Assembly (NCBI GenBank): GCA_021513695.1
Contig: CP084166.1
Span: 480,001 to 544,000, forward strand
DNA: 64,000 nucleotides
Source of the DNA: Candidatus Heimdallarchaeum aukensis
GTDB lineage: Archaea; Asgardarchaeota; Heimdallarchaeia; Heimdallarchaeales; Heimdallarchaeaceae
Direction of reading: 5' to 3'
Part shown: positions 9,379 through 18,269 of the stretch, in pieces
How the letters are laid out: every line of letters begins with the position of its first letter
Position numbering within the stretch: position 1 is the stretch's first letter
The notes under the pieces: model-generated
What the model saw: only the letters and a program-made list of their open reading frames with translations
Databases searched by the model: none
What the model was told of the DNA's origin: nothing
Translations under genes and position numbers: made by a program

Positions 9379-12300
9379 AATTGAAGAGATGTATAACGAT
9401 GGAGGAAGAATTTTTGTAGAAGTAGGACCTAAAAAAGCATTGTACAACTTTGTTAAAGATATTTTAGGTGAAAAAGAAGACATTCAAACTTTTCTTACAT
9501 TAAACCCGAAAGTAGGAGAGTTAAAATCTTTTAATGATACTGTCTCTAAATTAAAAATGAGCAAAAGAAGAGAAACCGAAACCCCAGTTCAAACTAAAGA
9601 AAAAATAGTTTACAAAGAATCAGCACTAGATGTTTTACTTAAAAATAAAGAGATTAACAACTTGGTCTCTAAACCCTATTTCCGTGAGTATTTGAAAGAG
9701 AACAGCAATCTTCTTTCATCTATAATGAAACAAGGTTACGAGCAGTTCTCAAAGTACAGAGAATCATTGGTTATTGCTGAAAAAGCTAAATATTGGGATA
9801 TAAACTTTGATCTTATTGGTGTTACTGGTGTTGGAATTGGTCTCCCAGGAAAGAATAGAGCTGTTTTCTCTGATGATAATTTTGATCTTATTCTCAATGG
9901 AACAAATCTTATCGAATCTGTTGAAGATACAATAAAACAAGAAACTTTAGACAAAAACATCGTTAGGTTAGTTAAATCTCCTGATGGTAATGCAACTTTT
10001 GAAGCAATTGACGATATAAGTAAAGTTATTCAACTTGCAGCACAGATAGGAGAATTAAACTTCAAAGAATTAGGTATAGAAGATAAATTGGCTAAAGCTT
10101 TAGACTCCACTTTTATTATGGCTATAGGTGCAGGACTAGAAGCGTTGAAAGATGCTGGTATTCCTCTTGTTGAAAGCAAAATAGTTACTTCAACTGGAAA
10201 AACTTTGAAAGGGAGCTGGACTTTACCAGAATCCTTACAACATGATACTGGAATAGTTTTTGCTTCTGCTTTTCCCGGATATGATAATTTAGTAGATGAA
10301 GTAACAAGACATCTTGTAGCTAAATTTGAAAACAAAACTAATAAAGAGATTGAGGAGATATTTGAGCAATTAATTAATGTTGTATCAAACCCTGAAGCAA
10401 AAGAAGAGATCTCTAACTGGTTCTTGGAGAAACAATCTCTACTGGAAGAAAAAGAAGAAAAGTATACTTTTAGTAGAGAGTTCCTTTACAAAGTTTTGTC
10501 TATGGGGCACTCTCAATTTGCCCAATTTATTAAAGCTAAAGGTCCGAATACTCAAGTCAATGCTGCTTGTGCTTCTACAACCCAAGCAATTGGTGTAGCA
10601 GAAGATTGGATAAGAACTGGAAGATGTAAGAGAGTAATAGTAATAGCTGGAGACAATGCTGCAAGCAAGAATCTGTTACCTTGGATAGGTGGGGGATTCT
10701 TAGCAGCTGGGGGAGTAACCACAAAAGCCGATGTTAAAGAAGCTGCTTTACCTTTTGGAAAAGAAAGACATGGATTAATTATAGGTTCAGCTTCTGCAGG
10801 TCTTGTAATTGAAAGCAGAGAATCCTATGAAGAAAGAGGAGTTAAACCAATAGTAGACCTTGTGGGTACTTATATGGCAAATAGTGCTTATCATGGTTCT
10901 AGATTAGATGTCAACCATATTTCTGAAGAACTTGAAAGCTTTATTGAAAAAGTAGAAAGAAGATATAATATCGACAGGAAAAATATCGCTAAAGAAGGTA
11001 TTTTTGTCTCTCATGAAACTTATACACCTGCAAGAGGAGGAAGTGCAGAAGCAGAAATTCAATCACTTCTTAATGTTTTCAAAGAAGATGCTTATTCTAT
11101 GACCATAATAAACACAAAAGGATTTACAGGTCATTCAATGGGTGCAGGAATAGAAGAAGCTGTAGCTATTAAAGCAATAGAAAAAGGTAAGATTCCTCCA
11201 ATTGCTAACATAGAGAAACTTGACCCTGCCTTTTCTAAATTTAAGTTCTCAAAAGGAGAAAAGAGAAGATTTTCCTTCGCTTTGAGATTAGCAGCTGGAT
11301 TTGGGTCACAATTAGCTTTTGCTCTCTTCAGGTTAAATACTTACGACAACAGATTCTCTGCCCAATACAATGAATGGCTCAAGAGTCTTGGTGGTGGCAA
11401 AGAAGAGTTATTTGTTGAAGGCAGAGTACTTAAACTCAAAACAGATAATAAGAAAAAACAAGCTGATTTAGTTAAGAAACCAGCAGTACAAAAAACTGTT
11501 GAAAAGAAAATTAAAACTGTTACAAAAGCACCTACAGATATTCTTCAAGTTGTAAAAGATATTATTTCTGAAAAAACAGGTTATGAAACAGAAGTCATTG
11601 AAGAAAATATGCATTTAGAAGAAGATCTTGGGATTGACAGTATTAAAGCAGCAGAAATAATGAACGATATTAGCGATAAATGGTCAATACCTCAAGAAAA
11701 ACTCTTCGAACAATTTGATATCGATACACCAGGAAAAATTGCAAAGTTCATTTCTGAAAACACAAGCGCTCCTGAAGAGACAAGTTATTCAGTTGAAACA
11801 ACTGTAGCAAAAGAGGAAGTAAAAAGAGCAGAAACTTCTAGTGTTTCAACAGGAGATATTTTAGTGCGAATTAAAGAAGTAATTGGAAAACACACAGGTT
11901 ATGACATTCAAGATCTAGATGAAAACTATGACCTAGAAGAAGATCTGGGAATAGATACAGTAAAACAAGCAGAAATTTTTGGAGATTTAAGAGATTTATT
12001 CGGATTGGATTTAGATGAGACTTATGCTTTAGCAGATTATCGAACAATAGCTGACATTGCCCAAGCAATATCTACAGAGAAACCAGTGGAAAAGGTTAAA
12101 CAAGTGGAAACTGAAGAAAGCGGAGAGATTAGAACAGCACAACAACCAACAATCATATCTGAAGCTGAAAGTTCAATTTCCAGAGAAGAAGTTACAAAAG
12201 AAGTGCTTTCAATTATCTCAGAAATTACAGGATACGATACAGAAGATATAGAAATAGAGATGGATCTAGAGGAAGATTTGGGTGTTGATAGTATCAAGAT

Positions 12301-15300
12301 TGCTGAAATTCTAAGCTCTTTGGGAAGTAAGTTCGACCTTGAATTTGATGAGATGTCTGATCTTTCAGGAATTAGAAATACAGAAGATATAGTGGAAGCA
12401 GTGATAAAAATTAAGCAATCCATTGAACAAACTCAAACCCCAACCAAAACAGAAGAACAATTAGCTGTAAGTCAAAAACTTAAAGTTGAACAAGAAGAAG
12501 AAATAGTTATTCGTAGTGTAGAACCTGTTCTAAAGCCTTTAGAACAAAGTGAAGTAAATAAATTTAATCTAGAAGATAAAAATCTCTTACTTCTAGATAT
12601 TCATTCAAAAGAAGCCAAATATATCTATTCTTTACTTGAACAGAAGAAGGCTAAAATTGAGCTTGTTAGGATTAATTCTGAAGACTCAGAAAAACCAAAT
12701 AATAATAAATATGACTTAATCTTAATCTTATTACCAGATGATCACAATTCTGCAAATGATACTAAATACTTTGAGCAACTATTTCTTACCCTACAACAGC
12801 TAGAGTACAATCATAATACTAAGATTGTTTCTTACTCTGTTGAAGACTATTTAGACTCTAAAAAGGAGATAATTCCTTTAAGTGGAGGTATATCCGCTTT
12901 TGTTAAGACTATTGGTCAAGAATTTGAACTAGACATTAAACATGTTTATTCCACAAAACCTGAAGAACTAGTTACAGAGTTGGAAAATTGGGATAAAAAC
13001 CTTGAAGTTATTTATTCAGAGGGTAAAAGATACATTTTCAGTCACATGAGAAAAATACCTCTAGAACAATTACAAAAAGAAAAAATCGAACTTACAGAAG
13101 ATGATCTTATACTTGTTACTGGAGGAGCAAGAGGTATCACTTATGAATGTATTAAAGAACTTACAAAAGATGCTAAACCTTCAATTGCTATCGTTGGTAG
13201 AACTAAACTTCCAGAAGATGTATCTGAATTGCTCTTCTTAACCGACAAAGAAATAGCAAACAAAAAAGAAGAGATAAAAGAAAAACTTGCTCAAGAAAAT
13301 GAAAAAGTTACTCCAGTGATGATAGAAAAAGCTTGGAAACGCTTCCTAAACACTGTTGAAATTGCAAAGAATATTCTCTATTTAATTGAAAATGAAGTGA
13401 ATGCTAACTATTATTCTGCAGATGTTTCAGATGAAGAACAAATGAAAAGTGTTTTGAGTCAAATTGAAGAAGATTTCGAAAAAACTATAACTCTTATTGT
13501 ACATGGTGCGGGAATAGAAGAATCTAAAGCTTTCAAGAAAAAGAAACTAGAAATGGCAAAGAAAATAGTACAAGTAAAGATTTCAGGGTTATACAATATT
13601 CTAAATAATATAGATCAATCTAATTTGAAGAAGATCATCTGCTTTAGCTCAATTGCAGGAAGATTTGGTAATAGAGGACAAGTGGATTATGCTTTTGCAA
13701 ATGGTTATCTAGCTAGAACATGCTGGAAGTTTAAACAACAAGGAATTAACGCTCTAGCTATAGATTGGTCAGCTTGGGCAGATATAGGCATGGCAACACA
13801 AGGTTCTATTCTTAAAGTGCTGAAAGCTGCAGGAATAACTCCCATTCCATTAAAAGAAGGAATAAGAATATTTTCTGAACTAACCAATTACAATGTAGAA
13901 CAAAGTGAATTAATAGTTGCAGGAAAACTTGGACTTCTTCTAAAAGAAATAGAAGATAAAAAAACAAGTGGTCAACACGATACTAGTATGAACACAGAGA
14001 GTTATCCAATGATTGATGAAATTAGAAAAACAGACAACGGTTTTATTGCTTCAAAGACACTAAAATATGATTATGACTTATACATGAGAGATCATCAAAT
14101 CCAAGGATTGCCAATATTTCCTGCAGTAATGGGATTAGAATTCTTCGCTGAGATGTTCAAACTTACAACAGAAAAAGATGTTTACGCAATAGCAGAAGTA
14201 TCGTTTAGAGAAGCAATTAAACAGTTTAAGAACAAAAATGTTGAACTTCAATGTTCATTTGATACAGAAAGAGGGGATATGGAAATTAAAACAATCTTTA
14301 CAGACATTAAAGGAGTTCAAAAAGAAAAGAAACACTTCTTCTGTAAGTCTGTAAAAGATACGACAGAAAAAAGCTATAAGAAAAAGAAGATAGAAAAAAG
14401 AGTGATACCACTACTTTCCAAAGAAGTGATCTATCAGCTTTTCTTCCATGGTCCAAGTTTTCAAGTTTTGGAGAATTTGAATGAGATAAAAGGAAATATC
14501 ATCTCCACTAATGTCCAGATTCCAAATCTGCCTTTATTCAAAGATGAAGAATTGAAAACTATTCTCGTTCCTCGAGCAATAGAAGCGGCTTTACAGACAG
14601 CAGGGTTGTATGACATGTTCATTAACAATGTTGTTTCATTGCCATCAAAAATAAAAAACTTGGAAGTATACAAGGAAACAGAAGCTGTTTTTGCTGAAGC
14701 TGAATTCCTAAAGATAGAGGAAAGACATAGTTTCTTCAATGTAAAGATTTACGATGCTGAAGGAGAAGTAATAATGGTTTTAGAACAACTAGGAATGATA
14801 CATACTTCTATGCCCATAAATTTGGACGAAAAAGGAAAGAAACTCTTCCAGATGATTAAAGGATATCATGAAATAAGAACAAAAGTAGATGACGAAAAAG
14901 TAGCTGTTTTACCTATTCACAAAGTAGTAGAAGAATACAGAAAAAATAGACAAGAACTAGAAAATAAACTAGTTGCTTACGAAAAAACAAGATTTACTAA
15001 AATATCCAACGAAAAAAGAAAAATGGAATATTTAGCGGGAGTAATCCTTGCTAAAGAACTTTTTTCCAAATATGAAAACATTACCGATTTCAGAAGTATA
15101 GAAATAAAAAAGAAGAGTAAGGGGCAACCTTACTTTTTCAACAGACAACTAAAAGAAGAAACGGATTGGTATGTTTCTATTAGTCATTCAAATGATTTCG
15201 CTGTAGTCTCTATTGAGAAACAACCAGTAGGAATAGACATAGAAAAAGTAGAAGAAAGAAGTAAAAGTTTCTATGGCGAAGTTTTTTCAGATTATGAATT

Positions 15301-15538
15301 ATCAAAAATTGCTGATGACCATACTTTAGGAACAAAATATTGGACTGCTAAAGAGTCATTAACTAAAGCATTAGGAGAAGGATTACATATTAAACTAAAA
15401 GAAATTGAGTTTGGTTACAACGATGGCAAATTTGATCTAAAAAAATATCCTTCTTCTCTAAAACAAGATCAATTGCAGACTTCTATTGAATCTATTGAAG
15501 CAGCAGGTTATGTTGTTTCTAAATGTGTAATAAAATAA
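7577..15538 (+). CDS. Type I PUFA-synthase/PKS-like megasynthase, part 2 (KS remnant, AT, second KS, 3 ACP, KR, DH, PPTase); the called start is not a real start
   Basis: The frame is the KS frame of duplication copy 2, and TTG 7577 is internal to the KS. KS Cys codon is 7748-7750 and AT Ser codon is 8879-8881. The second KS-like domain spans aa 745-1255 (GVTGVGIGLPG; NAACAST with Cys codon 10568-10570; SHETYTP; TGHSMGAG). ACP1 has LGIDS (Ser codon 11639-11641), ACP2 has LGIDT (Thr codon 11957-11959) and ACP3 has LGVDS (Ser codon 12290-12292). KR shows LVTGGARGIT from 13106 and GNRGQVDYAFAN. The PKS-type DH has HQIQGLPIFP (His codon 14093-14095). The C-terminal 4'-phosphopantetheinyl transferase has GIDIEKV from 15230 and WTAKESLTKALG. 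Confidence 0.85.
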   Translation: MSDEEVEKFVSSFKKEYLSKYAEITEDTMPGELSNVVAGRIANIFNLSGKSMTTDAACASSLAALDIAVKSLLNNDFDTILVGGADRSMDVSSYVKFSKIGALSATGSRPFDSKADGFVMGEGCGFLVLKKLKKAIEDNDKIYAIIDSVGSSSDGKGKGITAPNPLGQKEAIERALEQAKVSPSEIDLIEAHGTSTIVGDKTEVQVLNEIFTEKQKERKRKIALGSIKSQIGHLKSAAGIASVIKVALALDKKILPPTINVQELNPAIDWNNSNLFVNLDAQPWEKVDNSIRRAGVSAFGFGGTNYHTILEEYIPEAQYIEKEKQPIVELKEQKEEVCFLYTGQGSQYLGMIKELYDNYPTVRKTIDEASVIAKESLNADLREIIFGSPQLSKVENEERLRQTEYTQPSLFVVEVALTRLLKEKGIEPTRVAGHSLGEYTALVAAGVFSFEDGLKAVIERGKAMAKASKSIPGAMAAILTSQEKVKEIIEKVNEGYITVANYNSLNQTVISGEEKAVNKAIELFSARKIKAIKLNVSTAFHSIIVKDAEIEMERVLNSLTYNKPSIPVYSNVTGSLYPDKPSKIKELLINQLCNSVQWVKIIEEMYNDGGRIFVEVGPKKALYNFVKDILGEKEDIQTFLTLNPKVGELKSFNDTVSKLKMSKRRETETPVQTKEKIVYKESALDVLLKNKEINNLVSKPYFREYLKENSNLLSSIMKQGYEQFSKYRESLVIAEKAKYWDINFDLIGVTGVGIGLPGKNRAVFSDDNFDLILNGTNLIESVEDTIKQETLDKNIVRLVKSPDGNATFEAIDDISKVIQLAAQIGELNFKELGIEDKLAKALDSTFIMAIGAGLEALKDAGIPLVESKIVTSTGKTLKGSWTLPESLQHDTGIVFASAFPGYDNLVDEVTRHLVAKFENKTNKEIEEIFEQLINVVSNPEAKEEISNWFLEKQSLLEEKEEKYTFSREFLYKVLSMGHSQFAQFIKAKGPNTQVNAACASTTQAIGVAEDWIRTGRCKRVIVIAGDNAASKNLLPWIGGGFLAAGGVTTKADVKEAALPFGKERHGLIIGSASAGLVIESRESYEERGVKPIVDLVGTYMANSAYHGSRLDVNHISEELESFIEKVERRYNIDRKNIAKEGIFVSHETYTPARGGSAEAEIQSLLNVFKEDAYSMTIINTKGFTGHSMGAGIEEAVAIKAIEKGKIPPIANIEKLDPAFSKFKFSKGEKRRFSFALRLAAGFGSQLAFALFRLNTYDNRFSAQYNEWLKSLGGGKEELFVEGRVLKLKTDNKKKQADLVKKPAVQKTVEKKIKTVTKAPTDILQVVKDIISEKTGYETEVIEENMHLEEDLGIDSIKAAEIMNDISDKWSIPQEKLFEQFDIDTPGKIAKFISENTSAPEETSYSVETTVAKEEVKRAETSSVSTGDILVRIKEVIGKHTGYDIQDLDENYDLEEDLGIDTVKQAEIFGDLRDLFGLDLDETYALADYRTIADIAQAISTEKPVEKVKQVETEESGEIRTAQQPTIISEAESSISREEVTKEVLSIISEITGYDTEDIEIEMDLEEDLGVDSIKIAEILSSLGSKFDLEFDEMSDLSGIRNTEDIVEAVIKIKQSIEQTQTPTKTEEQLAVSQKLKVEQEEEIVIRSVEPVLKPLEQSEVNKFNLEDKNLLLLDIHSKEAKYIYSLLEQKKAKIELVRINSEDSEKPNNNKYDLILILLPDDHNSANDTKYFEQLFLTLQQLEYNHNTKIVSYSVEDYLDSKKEIIPLSGGISAFVKTIGQEFELDIKHVYSTKPEELVTELENWDKNLEVIYSEGKRYIFSHMRKIPLEQLQKEKIELTEDDLILVTGGARGITYECIKELTKDAKPSIAIVGRTKLPEDVSELLFLTDKEIANKKEEIKEKLAQENEKVTPVMIEKAWKRFLNTVEIAKNILYLIENEVNANYYSADVSDEEQMKSVLSQIEEDFEKTITLIVHGAGIEESKAFKKKKLEMAKKIVQVKISGLYNILNNIDQSNLKKIICFSSIAGRFGNRGQVDYAFANGYLARTCWKFKQQGINALAIDWSAWADIGMATQGSILKVLKAAGITPIPLKEGIRIFSELTNYNVEQSELIVAGKLGLLLKEIEDKKTSGQHDTSMNTESYPMIDEIRKTDNGFIASKTLKYDYDLYMRDHQIQGLPIFPAVMGLEFFAEMFKLTTEKDVYAIAEVSFREAIKQFKNKNVELQCSFDTERGDMEIKTIFTDIKGVQKEKKHFFCKSVKDTTEKSYKKKKIEKRVIPLLSKEVIYQLFFHGPSFQVLENLNEIKGNIISTNVQIPNLPLFKDEELKTILVPRAIEAALQTAGLYDMFINNVVSLPSKIKNLEVYKETEAVFAEAEFLKIEERHSFFNVKIYDAEGEVIMVLEQLGMIHTSMPINLDEKGKKLFQMIKGYHEIRTKVDDEKVAVLPIHKVVEEYRKNRQELENKLVAYEKTRFTKISNEKRKMEYLAGVILAKELFSKYENITDFRSIEIKKKSKGQPYFFNRQLKEETDWYVSISHSNDFAVVSIEKQPVGIDIEKVEERSKSFYGEVFSDYELSKIADDHTLGTKYWTAKESLTKALGEGLHIKLKEIEFGYNDGKFDLKKYPSSLKQDQLQTSIESIEAAGYVVSKCVIK

Positions 15539-15572
15539 TATGGAGATTAAAAAAAAAAAAAGGTGATAATAT

Positions 15573-16334
15573 ATGTTACAACTGAATTATGATATAAAAT
15601 TTAGAAAGGATTTCATTCATGGAATTCTTTATTTGCCGGATGAAGAGGGGCAGTTCCCTTTAGTTATAAGATTGAACGGTTTTCCGGGCAATTCTCCAGA
15701 AAAAGAAGAACAAAGATTAGCAGATATTATCACCCAGAATAATATGGCTTTTTATGCCTTTGACTATGTAGGAGTAAGAAAAAGTACAGGGACATTTAAT
15801 TATTATACGAGTTTGGAAAACATAAATACTGTTATAACAGATTTATCACATCATCCTCGAATTAATCCTGCAAAGATTGCTCTTCTTGGAGAAAGCTTCG
15901 GAGGAGCAATGGCAATAAGCCAAGGAGTAAGAGACCAAAGAATAAAATGTATTGTTTTAAGGTCTCCTGTATATGATACTGAAGTTATTCCTCAAATACC
16001 GTCTTTTAATACTTTAGTTAAAATATGGTCCAGAAACAATCAAATACGTTTCCCTAAAGGAGACATAAGTGAATTATACTACAAACAAACTAATCTTTAC
16101 AATCCTAAAAAAATAGCAAATTTAGTTAATTGCCCCGTAAAATTGATTGCAGGAGATAAAGATGAGTTGTTGGAAGTTAAGGGTTTTAGAGAACTTTACA
16201 AATGTTTACCACGGAAACTAAGAAAAGGAATTGATATCATTAAAGGAGCAGATCATAACTTTACTAAACAAAAACAGTTTATAGAATTAAAGAGTGAACT
16301 TTCCAGCTTTTTGACTTGTTGCCTTTTAGGGTAA
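15573..16334 (+). CDS. Alpha/beta-fold hydrolase (dienelactone hydrolase / BAAT-type thioesterase-like)
   Basis: GESFGG forms a GxSxG nucleophile elbow. Downstream AGDKDELL supplies the Asp and GADHNF the His. An AGGTGAT SD lies 6 nt before the ATG. Length is 253 aa. Confidence 0.75.
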   Translation: MLQLNYDIKFRKDFIHGILYLPDEEGQFPLVIRLNGFPGNSPEKEEQRLADIITQNNMAFYAFDYVGVRKSTGTFNYYTSLENINTVITDLSHHPRINPAKIALLGESFGGAMAISQGVRDQRIKCIVLRSPVYDTEVIPQIPSFNTLVKIWSRNNQIRFPKGDISELYYKQTNLYNPKKIANLVNCPVKLIAGDKDELLEVKGFRELYKCLPRKLRKGIDIIKGADHNFTKQKQFIELKSELSSFLTCCLLG

Positions 16335-16355
16335 ATAACTTATGGAGTGCAAAAG

Positions 16356-16838
16356 ATGAAGAAAAAAATAATCTACAACAATGAAGAATACATAATAGAA
16401 GCTAAAGGAGAAGACGAGATAGTAGTGAATAATAAGACTTTCAAAGTTAACTTAAAAGAGAAAAACAAGAATTTTTTCAATATAGAAATTCAAGGAAAGA
16501 AGTTTATTATAGAAGTAAGAGAAGGAGAATTCTATTTAGACGGAGAGAAAATAGAAAAATTATCAATTAGCCCCTATTTTCCACAATTAAAGAAACAAAA
16601 ACAAATGATTAACTCTCAAAAAGAAGTAGTAAAAGCACCTATACCAGGAACTATAACTCAAATACTAGTTAAAGAAGGAGATACAGTAAAAAAAGACCAA
16701 GAATTATTTATCCTTGAAGCGATGAAAATGAGAAATAGAATCTTAACAACCATTGACAAAGGTGTAGTAAAAAAAATCTACGTTAGCGAGAATGAAACTG
16801 TATCTCAAGATCAAAAACTAGCTATAATTGAAAATTAA
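16356..16838 (+). CDS. accB: Biotin carboxyl carrier protein (archaeal AccB-type, biotinyl domain)
   Basis: The C-terminal biotinyl domain carries the EAMKM motif (ILEAMKMRNRI). A GGAGTG SD lies 6 nt before ATG 16356, whereas the ORF caller started at GTG 16347. Its size of about 160 aa resembles archaeal AccB. Confidence 0.8.
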   Translation: MKKKIIYNNEEYIIEAKGEDEIVVNNKTFKVNLKEKNKNFFNIEIQGKKFIIEVREGEFYLDGEKIEKLSISPYFPQLKKQKQMINSQKEVVKAPIPGTITQILVKEGDTVKKDQELFILEAMKMRNRILTTIDKGVVKKIYVSENETVSQDQKLAIIEN

Positions 16839-17073
16839 ATAAAAAAATAACAAAACAAATTTATTGCAAAAATAATTTAAAATTCGCACAAATATTTGGA
16901 TACTTCTTCTTTTTTAAATTCAAATTTTATCAAAAACTTGAAAAGAATGCTAAATAGTCTATTTTTTAAATAAATAGGAAACAAAAAAAGTTTAGACTAA
17001 GTGGTTAGTTTTTGAAGTATAAATGAGGAGAAATAGGAACTGTATAATTTAAAGAAGAATAAAAAAAATAGGA

Positions 17074-17661
17074 CTAATCAACCATAAGTTTGGGAAATTT
17101 TGAAAGTTCCATTAATTTCATGAATTTTTTTCCTTTCTTAAAAATAGTATCTATACATTCAATTATTATATCCAAAAGCTCTTCTACTTTTTCTTTTTTT
17201 ACAGGTTTTAGTCCATGAGCAAGTATTGATTCATTTCTCTCTTTTAAAAGGTCTTTCATTTTGTTGGATGAAGAAAACATTTTCCCAAGATCATCATTCA
17301 AATCGTCTAAAACTAGATAACAATCATATAATCCCAACTTTACTTTTGAACCATTACTTTTTCTTTCTTTGAAATAACTTATACGTTGAGAAGAAACTCC
17401 TAACTTTTCTAATTGCTCTAAGGATATGTCATGGGGAGGTAAATTGTAGGCACTCTTTAATCTATACTGTGCCATAAGTTCTACAGCTCTGTAGAGCCTA
17501 GCCATTGCATCATCAAACTTTTCTTCTTTTAATCGACGTTTTGCGTTATTTAATAAATCTGCAAGAAAATAAAGGTCTTTCTCTATTTTTTTATCACTTT
17601 TATGTAACAAGTCGCACAAAAATTCTTTATTAAAACTATATTCTTTGCCAAGCTGTTTCAT
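17074..17661 (-). pseudogene. Truncated duplicate of the csx1 3' half (C-terminal 195 aa, HEPN part)
   Basis: Its translation is identical to residues 215-409 of the 19770-20999 product. Its 5' end is the duplication junction at 17690/17691. Confidence 0.85.
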
Positions 17662-17679
17662 TTTATCAAAAGCTTCTTT

Positions 17680-18234
17680 ATGGTTAAATCTACTAAAATA
17701 TCCAACGAAAAAAGAAAAATGGAATATTTAGCGGGAGTAATCCTTGCTAAAGAACTTTTTTCCAAATATGAAAACATTACCGATTTCAGAAGTATAGAAA
17801 TAAAAAAGAAGAGTAAGGGGCAACCTTACTTTTTCAACAGACAACTAAAAGAAGAAACGGATTGGTATGTTTCTATTAGTCATTCAAATGATTTCGCTGT
17901 AGTCTCTATTGAGAAACAACCAGTAGGAATAGACATAGAAAAAGTAGAAGAAAGAAGTAAAAGTTTCTATGGCGAAGTTTTTTCAGATTATGAATTATCA
18001 AAAATTGCTGATGACCATACTTTAGGAACAAAATATTGGACTGCTAAAGAGTCATTAACTAAAGCATTAGGAGAAGGATTACATATTAAACTAAAAGAAA
18101 TTGAGTTTGGTTACAACGATGGCAAATTTGATCTAAAAAAATATCCTTCTTCTCTAAAACAAGATCAATTGCAGACTTCTATTGAATCTATTGAAGCAGC
18201 AGGTTATGTTGTTTCTAAATGTGTAATAAAATAA
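17680..18234 (+). pseudogene. Duplicated fragment of the synthase C-terminal PPTase domain
   Basis: From ISNEKRKMEYLAGV onward it is identical to the last ~178 aa of the 7577-15538 product. The first codons cross the duplication junction, and there is no credible promoter or SD. Confidence 0.85.
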
Positions 18235-18269
18235 TATGGAGATTAAAAATAAAAAAAAGGTGATAATAT

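Noticed and set aside
4164-14739. Many 60-128-aa ORFs antisense to or out of frame with the synthase (4164-4526, 5116-5352, 5538-5783/7531-7776, 6325-6664/8318-8657, 9736-10335, 10377-10598, 11871-12423, 13705-13887, 14461-14739).
   Set aside because: All are embedded in a frame with continuous, motif-rich domain homology. Their translations are low-complexity and lack motifs or SD sequences, which is typical of shadow ORFs.
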